Both the position numbers and the translations under genes were made by a program. From Deltaproteobacteria bacterium (GTDB lineage Bacteria; Myxococcota; SpSt-1050; JACRCP01): a DNA stretch of 61,956 nucleotides. Shown here piece by piece: positions 7,154 to 15,803 of this stretch. Position 1 is the first letter of the stretch; each line of letters begins with the position of its first letter. The stretch lies in assembly GCA_016218965.1 (NCBI GenBank), contig JACRCP010000146.1:1-61956 (forward strand). The letters are read 5' to 3'. The notes below the pieces were generated by a model. The model did no database searches. It was not told the origin of the DNA and was given only the letters and a program-made list of their open reading frames with translations.

Positions 7154-8443
7154 GTGAAACGGCAGATCATTGCTATCCTCGTCGCCGCGTTCGCGGCGTG
7201 CGCAGCCGGAAACGTTTTTGGCCAGGATGCCGTCAAGAAGAAACTGGTCTTGAAGCTCACGCCGATGGGCAAACAGCTCGCCAAGGACGGCCTCGTGATC
7301 GCGAGCGAGGACTTCGCCGACATGGACGGCGACGGAAAAGACGAACTGGTCCTGATCGTCAAGGAGCCCAAAAAAGGCGGGCGGACGCTCGCCATACTCC
7401 ATCAGAACGAAAAAGCTTCGGATTACGAGAAAATGCACGAGTACAAGATCAAAAAGGCCCTCGATCTCGACCGGCTGGAGATAGATGACATCACCGGCGA
7501 CGGGAAACCCGAGGCGATCCTGTGGCTCAAGGACGACAGCCCGGACGAAGTGGGGAGGCACTTGTCGATACACGGGTTCGAAGGGACGTTTCACACCATG
7601 TTCGAGTATTCGTATTTTTCCCAGCCCAAACACGGCGCGGGCGCGGCCGTTCCGGGCGCCGGCGGAAGCGAACCGGCCGAACCGCCGCCCGACAAACCCG
7701 GCGCCCCCAAGGTGCCCACGTTCAAGACCGTCGCCTTCGGCCAGGTCGCCGAGGACCTCCGCTTTGTGGACGAGGACCGGGACGGCAGAAAAGAGATCGT
7801 GATCCCGTCGCACAGCCCCACCATTGACGTCGAATCCAAGAAGGGCGGCAAGGTGTCCTACATTGTCGGCGCGCGGTACGAGGTGTACCGCCTCAAGGGC
7901 GGGCGGTATGTGAAGGACGCGCAGGACAAGTTCGTCAACTTCCTCGAGAAACCGGTCAAGGCGAAAACGATCGAGGCATCGACCGAAGCGACCGACAAGA
8001 AGACCAAACAGGTCACAAACCCGGCGGCGTACGCCGCGGACGGCAACGTCGGTTCGGCATGGGTCCCGGCCGGGAAAAAGGGCGGCGTGGGCGATTCAAT
8101 CAAGTTCTGGTTCGACGACAAGGTCCCCATGCGCGCGATGATCATCGTCCCCGGCTGCATGGAGGACGAAGAGGCGTGGGACCTAAACCATCGGATCAAG
8201 ACCTTCTCGCTGGAGTTCTCGAGCGGAGAGACCGCGAAGATCGATCGCACGGCCCCGCTGAACGTGGAGTCCCCCGTGACGGGCGTCAAGGAAAAACCCC
8301 TCCCGCAGACCAAGAACGCCGTCCAGACCATCGTCCTTTTCGAAGAGGGCTTTTCGTCCCGCAACGTGAAGGTCGAGATTCTCGACCTCGACAAGGTCAA
8401 GAAGGGCGGAAAGGTCTGCCTCTCCGAGGTGATGATCTATTGA
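7154..8443 (+). CDS. Secreted protein with FG-GAP/VCBS-like Asp-rich loops and a C-terminal discoidin (F5/8 type C)-like domain
   Basis: Signal peptide VKRQIIAILVAAFAACAAGNVFG. DMDGDGKDELV, DDITGDGKPEAIL and DEDRDGRKEIVIP loops. C-terminus ADGNVGSAWVP..GDSIKFWFD..IKTFSLEF..VKVEILD..CLSEVMIY resembles carbohydrate-binding jelly-roll domains. Confidence 0.7.
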   Translation: MKRQIIAILVAAFAACAAGNVFGQDAVKKKLVLKLTPMGKQLAKDGLVIASEDFADMDGDGKDELVLIVKEPKKGGRTLAILHQNEKASDYEKMHEYKIKKALDLDRLEIDDITGDGKPEAILWLKDDSPDEVGRHLSIHGFEGTFHTMFEYSYFSQPKHGAGAAVPGAGGSEPAEPPPDKPGAPKVPTFKTVAFGQVAEDLRFVDEDRDGRKEIVIPSHSPTIDVESKKGGKVSYIVGARYEVYRLKGGRYVKDAQDKFVNFLEKPVKAKTIEASTEATDKKTKQVTNPAAYAADGNVGSAWVPAGKKGGVGDSIKFWFDDKVPMRAMIIVPGCMEDEEAWDLNHRIKTFSLEFSSGETAKIDRTAPLNVESPVTGVKEKPLPQTKNAVQTIVLFEEGFSSRNVKVEILDLDKVKKGGKVCLSEVMIY

Positions 8444-8598
8444 AATGGCAGTGTCGCCCGGCGGGCAGGGACCGGATTCCCCTCCGCGCCACGCCGCACC
8501 TGGCATGCTCCGGCGCTCCACAGGATGACGAAAGCGGCGTGCCGCTGCGGGAAACCCGGCCCCCGCCCGCAGTTCATCGTTCGGAAGGTTGTCCAAAA

Positions 8599-9618
8599 GT
8601 GGAAAAGAAAGCGATCGCACTGCTTTCGGGCGGGCTCGACAGCACGCTCGCCGTCAAGCTGATCGTCGACCAGGGGGTCGAGGTCGTCGCGCTCAACTTC
8701 ACCAGCCCGTTTTGCACCTGCACGTCGCGCGCGCGGCGTGAGGCCGGGTGCAAACACGAGGCGCTTCGCGTGGCCAAAGAACTGGGCGTCGAGATAAAGC
8801 TCGTCGCGAAAGGGAAAGAGTATCTCGAAGTCGTGAGGAATCCCCGTTTCGGCCGCGGGACGGGCATGAACCCCTGCATCGATTGCCGCATCTTCATGCT
8901 CAAGAGGGCGGCTGCCATGATGGACGAGCTTGGCGCGTCGTTTCTGGTCACGGGCGAGGTCCTGGGCCAGCGTCCCATGAGCCAGCACCGGCAGGCGATT
9001 GCGCTCATCGAGAAGGAGACCGGCCTTGCCGGAAAGATCCTTCGCCCGCTCTCGGCGCTGCATTTTGACCCGACCGAGGCCGAGAATTCGGGGGTCGTCG
9101 ACCGCCAGAGGCTGCTTGACATTGCCGGCCGCGGGCGCAGACGCCAGATCGATCTTGCACAGGACCTCGACATCAGTGACTACCCGTGTCCCGCGGGAGG
9201 CTGTCTGCTGACCGACCGGAACTTCGCGGCACGGTTGCGCGATGCCTTCGAGCACATACCGGGCGAGATCGAGCCGCGGGAGATAGAGCTTTTGAAGATC
9301 GGGCGGCACTTTCGGCTCGCTTCGGGCGCAAAGTTCGTCTTGGGCAGGGACGAGGCCGAGAACGAGCGAATCACCGCCGTCGCCCCCGCGGGATACGCCC
9401 GCCTCGAGCCGAAGAACTTCCCCGGCCCGGGGGCAGTGGTTTCTGGCGCCATGGGCGGGGACCTCGAAACGGCCGCCGCGGCCATCGTTCATTTCTCACC
9501 AAAGGCGCCCGGGAGCGCCGTCGTGGTCCTGCGCGAAGGAGATCGGTTCGAAGAGACAGCGGCGGACCGGGCGTTCGATTTCGCGGCTTTCAAAAAGCGC
9601 GCGGTTGGGGCGGGCTAG
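8599..9618 (+). CDS. ThiI-like PP-loop ATP pyrophosphatase / sulfurtransferase lacking the THUMP domain
   Basis: PP-loop LLSGGLDSTLA, NPCIDCRIFMLKRAA and TGEVLGQRPMSQ resemble the ThiI catalytic domain. GTG 8599 chosen because it sits directly before the conserved N-terminus. Confidence 0.75.
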   Translation: MEKKAIALLSGGLDSTLAVKLIVDQGVEVVALNFTSPFCTCTSRARREAGCKHEALRVAKELGVEIKLVAKGKEYLEVVRNPRFGRGTGMNPCIDCRIFMLKRAAAMMDELGASFLVTGEVLGQRPMSQHRQAIALIEKETGLAGKILRPLSALHFDPTEAENSGVVDRQRLLDIAGRGRRRQIDLAQDLDISDYPCPAGGCLLTDRNFAARLRDAFEHIPGEIEPREIELLKIGRHFRLASGAKFVLGRDEAENERITAVAPAGYARLEPKNFPGPGAVVSGAMGGDLETAAAAIVHFSPKAPGSAVVVLREGDRFEETAADRAFDFAAFKKRAVGAG

Positions 9619-9624
9619 CTGGAC

Positions 9625-10407
9625 ATGGCGAAATACCAGGATCTCATCGATATCGTCCGCGGATACGGTTCCGCGGTGGTGGCGTTTTCGGGCGGCGTGG
9701 ACTCGACGCTTCTGCTCAAGGCCGCGCGCGAAGCGCTGGGAGAAAAATGCCTCGCGTTGACTGCGGTTTCGGCCACGTACACCAAAGACGAAGCGACCGA
9801 GGCCGAGAAAACAGCGGCCGCAATAGGCGCCCGGCACCGGTTCGTGGACACCGCCGAGCTTGAAGAACCCGGGTTCGCAAGGAACGACCGGAACCGCTGT
9901 TTCTACTGCAAGCGCGAATTGTTCGGTGTGCTCAGGCGAATCGCCGACGAAGAGGGGTTTGCGCACGTCTTCGAGGGCACGAATGTAAGCGACCTCTCGG
10001 ACCACCGGCCGGGCCTCCGGGCCGCCAAAGAGATGGCGGTCCGCCAGCCGCTTCGCGAGGCGGGGCTCACCAAGGACGACGTCCGGGCCATCTCGCGCGA
10101 GATCGGCCTTCCGGGCTGGGACCGGCCGGCCAACGCCTGCCTGGCATCTCGGATACCGTACGGGGCCGCCATCACGACCGAGGTCCTCGACAGGGTGATG
10201 AAGGCCGAGACGGCCCTGCGCGGTTTCGGCCTCCGGGTCGTCAGGGTGCGCGCGCACGGCGACGTGGCCCGCATCGAAACCGACGCCACCGGCGCCGAGA
10301 TCGTCATGCGCAGAAGGAAAGAGGTCGCGGCGGCGGTCAAGGCGGCCGGATTCGCGTTCGTATCGCTCGACCTGCAGGGCTACCGCACCGGTTCGCTCAA
10401 CGAATAG
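9625..10407 (+). CDS. larE: LarE-family PP-loop ATP-dependent sulfur transferase (TIGR00268-like)
   Basis: AFSGGVDSTLLL PP-loop, RCFYCKRELF, HRPGLRA, and ANACLASRIPYG carrying the LarE cysteine motif. Confidence 0.85.
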   Translation: MAKYQDLIDIVRGYGSAVVAFSGGVDSTLLLKAAREALGEKCLALTAVSATYTKDEATEAEKTAAAIGARHRFVDTAELEEPGFARNDRNRCFYCKRELFGVLRRIADEEGFAHVFEGTNVSDLSDHRPGLRAAKEMAVRQPLREAGLTKDDVRAISREIGLPGWDRPANACLASRIPYGAAITTEVLDRVMKAETALRGFGLRVVRVRAHGDVARIETDATGAEIVMRRRKEVAAAVKAAGFAFVSLDLQGYRTGSLNE

Positions 10408-10408
10408 C

Positions 10409-11476
10409 TCAGAAATCGAAAACGAGGAACTCGAGAATGGCGTCCATGTCAGCGGAGGTCTGCGCCTCGTTGTGGAACGTCGTGTACACGACGCGCCCGC
10501 CCTGGTCGCCCTCGGAAAAGGACACAAGCAGCGGCGCGCCGGGGACCTCCGGGTCGGGCACGTTTCCTTTGACGTAGACCTTCGTTTCCGGGCCGGAGTC
10601 CGTCGTGACGACCCATTGGCCCAGGTTGTAGTTCAACTCGACCTCGCTTTTCCCGAGGTACGCCCCGAGCGGGCCGTCCATCACGATTCCCGGTATCACG
10701 CCGGACATCCCGGCCGCCGCGGAGTGCGGAGTCAAGTCGTCGCCGAAGAACGTGATGTGATCCGGGAACGCCTGCTCGACGTAGTCGTACGCCCAGTCGG
10801 ACGCGTAAAGCTTGCCGCCGCCGGCGGTGTACGCCCTCAGGGCCGCTTTGACCTCCGGGTCGGTCGCCCCGTCGGTGCTGACGCCGCAGTTCAGGAAGAC
10901 GGCGTAGTACTTCTCCATCTCGCGCGCATTTCCCACCAGCGTGGCGATGTTCTTCTCGCTCGATGCGTCCCAACCCATCCCGTTGTACATCGCAAAACCG
11001 TAGTATCCGAGCCTTTCGAGCACCTCCTCGATGGAGTCGTACGACCCGCGGACGATGGCTATCTTGCCCGCGTCGACTTCGAGCGCAATCGGCACGTCGA
11101 TGTACGTAGTCATCCCCTCCTCGATCACTGCTTCAACGGTGGTCGCGAATATCCCCTTTTCGAAGTGGATGATCTGCCTGCCCACCGGGATGCCGCCCAG
11201 CACAAAATCGCCCGCGGGCCCGGTGAGCGTCTCCACCCCCTGATACTCGGCGTACGCCTTGACGCCGGCGATCCGGCTCTCGGCGTTGGCCGCGTAGACG
11301 ATCCCGGCCGCCGCCCCCGTGGGGCCGTCCGGCGCCGGAAAACCGCCGTCGAGGCTCCGGTCCCTTTGCCTGGGGACGACACCGCCTTCCGTGGGGGAAA
11401 AGCCGCGCGAGTCGCAGCCGAGCCACAAAAGGCCCGCACACCCGGCGGCCGTCACGGCAATTGCGATCCCCTTCAT
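10409..11476 (-). CDS. Lipoprotein with carboxypeptidase-regulatory-like domain, function unknown
   Basis: MKGIAIAVTAAGCAGLLWLGCDS lipobox. A Big/CarboxypepD_reg-like stretch (AGVKAYAEYQGVETLTGPAGDFVLGGIPVGRQIIHFEK). C-terminal domain has no recognisable motif. Confidence 0.7.
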   Translation of the reverse strand: MKGIAIAVTAAGCAGLLWLGCDSRGFSPTEGGVVPRQRDRSLDGGFPAPDGPTGAAAGIVYAANAESRIAGVKAYAEYQGVETLTGPAGDFVLGGIPVGRQIIHFEKGIFATTVEAVIEEGMTTYIDVPIALEVDAGKIAIVRGSYDSIEEVLERLGYYGFAMYNGMGWDASSEKNIATLVGNAREMEKYYAVFLNCGVSTDGATDPEVKAALRAYTAGGGKLYASDWAYDYVEQAFPDHITFFGDDLTPHSAAAGMSGVIPGIVMDGPLGAYLGKSEVELNYNLGQWVVTTDSGPETKVYVKGNVPDPEVPGAPLLVSFSEGDQGGRVVYTTFHNEAQTSADMDAILEFLVFDF

Positions 11477-11547
11477 GCGTCCCTTCCGGCGTTTGTTGCC
11501 GACCGGGGCCATTCTACCCCCTCGCGCCGCCGCAATCAACCGAGTCA

Positions 11548-11580
11548 ACAGAAAAGCGGCCCCCGCGAATGGGGGCCGCC
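11548..11580 (-). terminator. Intrinsic terminator-like hairpin downstream of the metalloprotease gene
   Basis: On the minus strand, gcggccccc-attcgc-gggggccgc (9-bp stem) is followed by ttttctgtt. About 30 nt after the stop at 11608. Confidence 0.6.
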
Positions 11581-11607
11581 TTGGTCAAAACCGATGGGGA
11601 AGTGTTT

Positions 11608-14600
11608 CTAGTCGAGACCCGAAGCGTACGCTCCGGTCATGATGTTCATGAACGACTCGGACGACTGGAGGGTGTAGTAGGCGCTCTGCGCGTTCACCCC
11701 GGGGCAACTCGAGGGGTCGAGGTAGCAGCCCTTCCAGTAGTTGGCGCGATCGATCACCGAGCAGGTCATCGACCGGTCTATCGTCTTGGCCCCCGTCCCC
11801 GAGCCGACCAGCGCCGGCGCCTTGAAGCCGACAAAGGCGTTGTATGGGGCAAACGGCGACTCATACATGCATATCCGGCTCTTGTACGGTTCCTTGTCGG
11901 GGTCGAAACTGTAGCCACCCGAGTAGCTTCCTGCCAGCCACATTTGCATGTATTGCCGCCTGAAAGACGCGTCAAAGAAGACCGAGAACCGCTCGGTGGC
12001 ATACGCGAACGCGTAGTACTGGTTGTAGAAAGACCCGCCCGGATCCAGGAAGTACTTGCCTTCATAGTCGGTGGCCGGGTTACGCGGGACTATCTGCTGA
12101 CTGAAGAAGCCCTCGCCGCCGTACCAGACGTTTCGGGGCGTGATGGCACAGTGTTTGTTGTCGGGGTTCACCGAAACCAGCGCGGCGTACTTCGACGGGT
12201 CGTCGGACATCATGCCCGTGAACACGTCCAGGACCTCGTTGCGGAAGAAATCGAAGTAGTTGATGTAGAATCGGATGCCCGCGGTCGGCGGGAAGTTCCA
12301 GTCGCGCGTCGACATGGCGTCGAGCGCCATGATCTTGTCTATGACCGACCCGATGATTGCCAGGCGGTAGAGCTGGCCGTAGTAGCCGGGCTCGTACCTG
12401 TGCCAGTAGTACTTCCCTTCGCCCCAGTGGACGGTGCAGTCGGCCTGCGCGTCTAGCGGGTTTCCGCTCACGCGGTAGTACCGTTTGTCCTTGGAGTCGA
12501 GCGTCGTGGCGTAGGCGCCGATGTCGGGCTGCGAGAGCACCGAGTTGAAGAAGTTCAGGCCGTTGGCCGAGGCGAAGTACATGTCGATGATCCCGCCGGG
12601 TTTGGTCTCGGACGACGGCGCCCGCATGCCGGGCTTGTAGAAGTAGTTGTATAGCATCGCCTGGTACTGTTTCCCGATGGTCGTAAAGTACCGGCCGAAG
12701 ATCCGGGCGTCATACGTGAAGCCGAAGTTCCGCCGGTACCGCCTGAAGTTGTTGAACACGTAGTTCCGGTTGTACGTCTCGATCATGTTGGCGACGATCT
12801 CCTGCGACGTGGCGCCCTCGTCCCACCGGTTGCAGAACGGCTGGTCGTCGGTGCGCTCGTCGGAGCACATCGCGTAACGGATGGGGTTGCCTTCACCGGC
12901 CTCGTCCTTGGAATAGTCGTAGTTCTGGTAGAACTCCGAACAGATCGGCGGGTACGAGGGGTCGGCCTGGCACTCCTGGCCGTCCTTGAAGCCCGGGCAG
13001 TCCGAATTCTGGCCGCACCGCTCCCCGCCGTCCCATACCTGGCCCCCCCCGATGAACACCGGCCGGCAGACGCCCGTCAGGCAGGTCTGGCCAAGGGCCG
13101 CGTATGGGCACGCCTGAGCGCGGCAGTCCTCGCCGCCGTAGTAGTACTTGAAGTTCTTCCGCTGCGTCTTGTCGTACGGTCCCGCGGCCGCGCCCCACTT
13201 CTCGGCCACAAGGCCGTAGCCGAACTTGATTGCCGCGACGTCGTACTTCCCGATGGTCATCGGGTACTGCTCGGCCCACAGGTCGGCCTTGGGCGCAAGC
13301 CACGGCTCGTAGTTCTCGACCCCCGGGAAGCCGTCGGTGTAGTACTGCCCGGCGTAGTCCATGATCGAGGTGTACTGGTAGAAGTCGGCGCCCTTCTTTT
13401 CCATGAGCGTCCGGAAGCACTTCCACTTGGCCTGGTACTGGTCAAACGAGTCGGCGTTCGGGAACCTGTTCGGCACCTTGTACAGGTCGAAATCCGAAAG
13501 CGTCGTCACCCCGGCGCAGTCCGGCTCGGCGTTGAGCGCATCAAGCGGCGACCCGATCACCTGCTGGTACATGGTCCAATACTCGTTGTAGAAGTGCGTC
13601 GGGTCGGCGGTCGCCTCGAACTGGTGCCGAAGACCGATCGTGTGACCCACCTCGTGCGAGGTCACGGCGCGGTAGATGGCGTTTTCGATGATGTTGGCTA
13701 TCTCGGCTTCGGAGCTGATCTGCCGCTCGACCGTGTACTTCTGGACGAGCCGCCAGACGGCCCAGTCGGTGAACTCGTTGGGCTCGTAGATGCACCCGAA
13801 CCGGCCCTTGAAGTACTCCTGAGTGTGAAAGTCCTTTGCGGCGTCCCTGGCTCCGCTCCGGCGGAGCGGGCTGTACTCTTCGAGCTGCTCGGGCGTCAGG
13901 TCTCCCCCTCCGGCCCCCTCGGAAACGTCGAACCCCTTGGTGACCATGATGTCGCGGCCCAGGAGCATCTGCTCGAAGTCGGGCATCTTATCGGCGATCG
14001 CCCGCATTTTGGCCGAGTTCGCGGTCATTAGCGCATGGTCCTGCAGGAGATCGACCGGGAGCCGCCCGTCCTGCCCGAACGCTTGCGCCTTCTTGAGAAC
14101 GTTCTGGATCGCGGACCTGGCGTGCTCGGCCGGGCGCCACGGGCCGCCCTGCGGGCCCTGCGGCTGGACGCCGCCGTACTGGCTCTGGAAGTACGAGCGC
14201 ATGTCCTCGCCCTTGGCGATCAGATCCGTGATGTCCGTGCCGCTCTCGACCTGTTCCTTGATGATCCTGTAGAACAACACCGCCTGTTGCTTGTACGTTT
14301 CGAGAGCCGCGCCATAGATGTTGGCCGTCCCGTTGATGATCTCGCCGGTCTCGGGGTCCGACTCGGATGGCCCCAGCCCGAGCGGCCCGCCGGCCATCGG
14401 CTTGGCAATCCAGTTGATCAGGCTGTAGCGCAGGTCTCCGATGTTCTTGCCGCACTTCTCGACCGAGCGTTCGACCGGCTGGCCGTTTTCATCGACCACG
14501 TTGGCCTGCCACGTGTCGTCGCACTCGTCGTTGTCGCGGAGCTGGTACACCAGCGCGCCCCATCCGTTGCTGGCCGCCCGGTCGATCCTGCCCTCGACCC

Positions 14601-15762
14601 AGGCACGAGCCTCGGCGGGCGCCATCCCCTCGGCCTCAAGCATGCCGGCGAGCGTGTGCCGGTACGCGACGTCCCAGTCATGGATCAGGCTGTATGAGGT
14701 CTCCCGCAGGTTCGCGGGGAAGTCCTTGGAGAGGTAGTACACGATGCGCCGGATCTCGCGATCCTTTGTCGGAATCAGGTTTCCGTTGTCGTCCTTCCAG
14801 CGTTTGAAGATGTTCCACCGGCTGATATTGTAGTTGCGGGTAATTTCATTTAAGCCAAAGAGCCTGTCGTAGCCCTCGCGGTCGAGCCTGAAGTAGCCGA
14901 AGTGCTCGAACATCGGGTCCGGGTAGTTGAGCGGCTGGTAGTCGTTGGGGATCTGCTTGAGGAACGAGTGCCGGTACGTGACCGGGATCGAGTTGGAGAC
15001 GACGGGGTACGAAGACTCCATGTACGCCGCGTCGACCGTGAGCGATATGATCTCCTGGTTGACGATGTCTATGTACTCCGGCGTCACGATGAAGTTCTGC
15101 TGGTCGTAGTAGCTCACCGGCTCCTTCTTCATGGCCTGGTACATCGGGTCGATGAGCTCGTTGATGAAGTGGAAGAAGTCGTAGACCTGGTTCATTGACC
15201 AGTCGACCCTGATGTACTCGCGCTCCCACCACCAGCGGTCGCGGCTGTTCTCCTCGAGGACGTTGATCTCCTCGCCCGTGGTCGGGTTGTACTGGCGCTG
15301 GATATCGAAATGAGAGAGGATCTTGTAGGCGGCCACCGGCGCGCCGTAAAAGGATTCGGGCTGCTTGATGCACACCTGCCCGGGCTGGCAGTCGTTGTCC
15401 TGGTAGCAGTGCGATATGGTCGTGTCGTAGTTGGTGGTCCCCGCCGCCGCGCACTTCCCGGCCTCGGTCTGGAGGACCGCCTCGGTGGTTCGGTACGCGT
15501 ACAGGAAGTTCTCGTCAATGACCCACCGGATCTTCTCGAGGGCAAGCACGCCGGACTCCCAGCCGATGTACACGGTGAACTTGTTCTCGTACGGGTGGTC
15601 AATGACCGTGGACTTGTAGTACCACGTCCCGGAGAACGTGGACTTCAAGACCGCGTTCGGCTGCACGTAGCTCCGTTCGGGCCGCTGTTCGGCGCATCCG
15701 AAGGCCGCCGCGGCGAGGATCGCCACTGCCGTCAACCAGAACATCGTGCGCATCGCTCTCAT
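11608..15762 (-). CDS. Large (1384 aa) lipoprotein zinc metalloprotease (HExxH; DUF4953-type zinc-dependent metalloprotease-like) with Cys-rich inserts
   Basis: Signal/lipobox MRAMRTMFWLTAVAILAAAAFGCAEQ. Motif TSHEVGHTIGLRHQFEA. Cys-rich stretches (CYQDNDCQPGQVC; CRAQACPYAALGQTCLTGVC..CGQNSDCPGFKDGQEC). CAAGGAGG RBS upstream of ATG 15762. Confidence 0.85.
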   Translation of the reverse strand: MRAMRTMFWLTAVAILAAAAFGCAEQRPERSYVQPNAVLKSTFSGTWYYKSTVIDHPYENKFTVYIGWESGVLALEKIRWVIDENFLYAYRTTEAVLQTEAGKCAAAGTTNYDTTISHCYQDNDCQPGQVCIKQPESFYGAPVAAYKILSHFDIQRQYNPTTGEEINVLEENSRDRWWWEREYIRVDWSMNQVYDFFHFINELIDPMYQAMKKEPVSYYDQQNFIVTPEYIDIVNQEIISLTVDAAYMESSYPVVSNSIPVTYRHSFLKQIPNDYQPLNYPDPMFEHFGYFRLDREGYDRLFGLNEITRNYNISRWNIFKRWKDDNGNLIPTKDREIRRIVYYLSKDFPANLRETSYSLIHDWDVAYRHTLAGMLEAEGMAPAEARAWVEGRIDRAASNGWGALVYQLRDNDECDDTWQANVVDENGQPVERSVEKCGKNIGDLRYSLINWIAKPMAGGPLGLGPSESDPETGEIINGTANIYGAALETYKQQAVLFYRIIKEQVESGTDITDLIAKGEDMRSYFQSQYGGVQPQGPQGGPWRPAEHARSAIQNVLKKAQAFGQDGRLPVDLLQDHALMTANSAKMRAIADKMPDFEQMLLGRDIMVTKGFDVSEGAGGGDLTPEQLEEYSPLRRSGARDAAKDFHTQEYFKGRFGCIYEPNEFTDWAVWRLVQKYTVERQISSEAEIANIIENAIYRAVTSHEVGHTIGLRHQFEATADPTHFYNEYWTMYQQVIGSPLDALNAEPDCAGVTTLSDFDLYKVPNRFPNADSFDQYQAKWKCFRTLMEKKGADFYQYTSIMDYAGQYYTDGFPGVENYEPWLAPKADLWAEQYPMTIGKYDVAAIKFGYGLVAEKWGAAAGPYDKTQRKNFKYYYGGEDCRAQACPYAALGQTCLTGVCRPVFIGGGQVWDGGERCGQNSDCPGFKDGQECQADPSYPPICSEFYQNYDYSKDEAGEGNPIRYAMCSDERTDDQPFCNRWDEGATSQEIVANMIETYNRNYVFNNFRRYRRNFGFTYDARIFGRYFTTIGKQYQAMLYNYFYKPGMRAPSSETKPGGIIDMYFASANGLNFFNSVLSQPDIGAYATTLDSKDKRYYRVSGNPLDAQADCTVHWGEGKYYWHRYEPGYYGQLYRLAIIGSVIDKIMALDAMSTRDWNFPPTAGIRFYINYFDFFRNEVLDVFTGMMSDDPSKYAALVSVNPDNKHCAITPRNVWYGGEGFFSQQIVPRNPATDYEGKYFLDPGGSFYNQYYAFAYATERFSVFFDASFRRQYMQMWLAGSYSGGYSFDPDKEPYKSRICMYESPFAPYNAFVGFKAPALVGSGTGAKTIDRSMTCSVIDRANYWKGCYLDPSSCPGVNAQSAYYTLQSSESFMNIMTGAYASGLD

Positions 15763-15803
15763 TCTCTGACCTCCTTGATTTATTAAAACCTTGGCGTCAA
15801 CGG

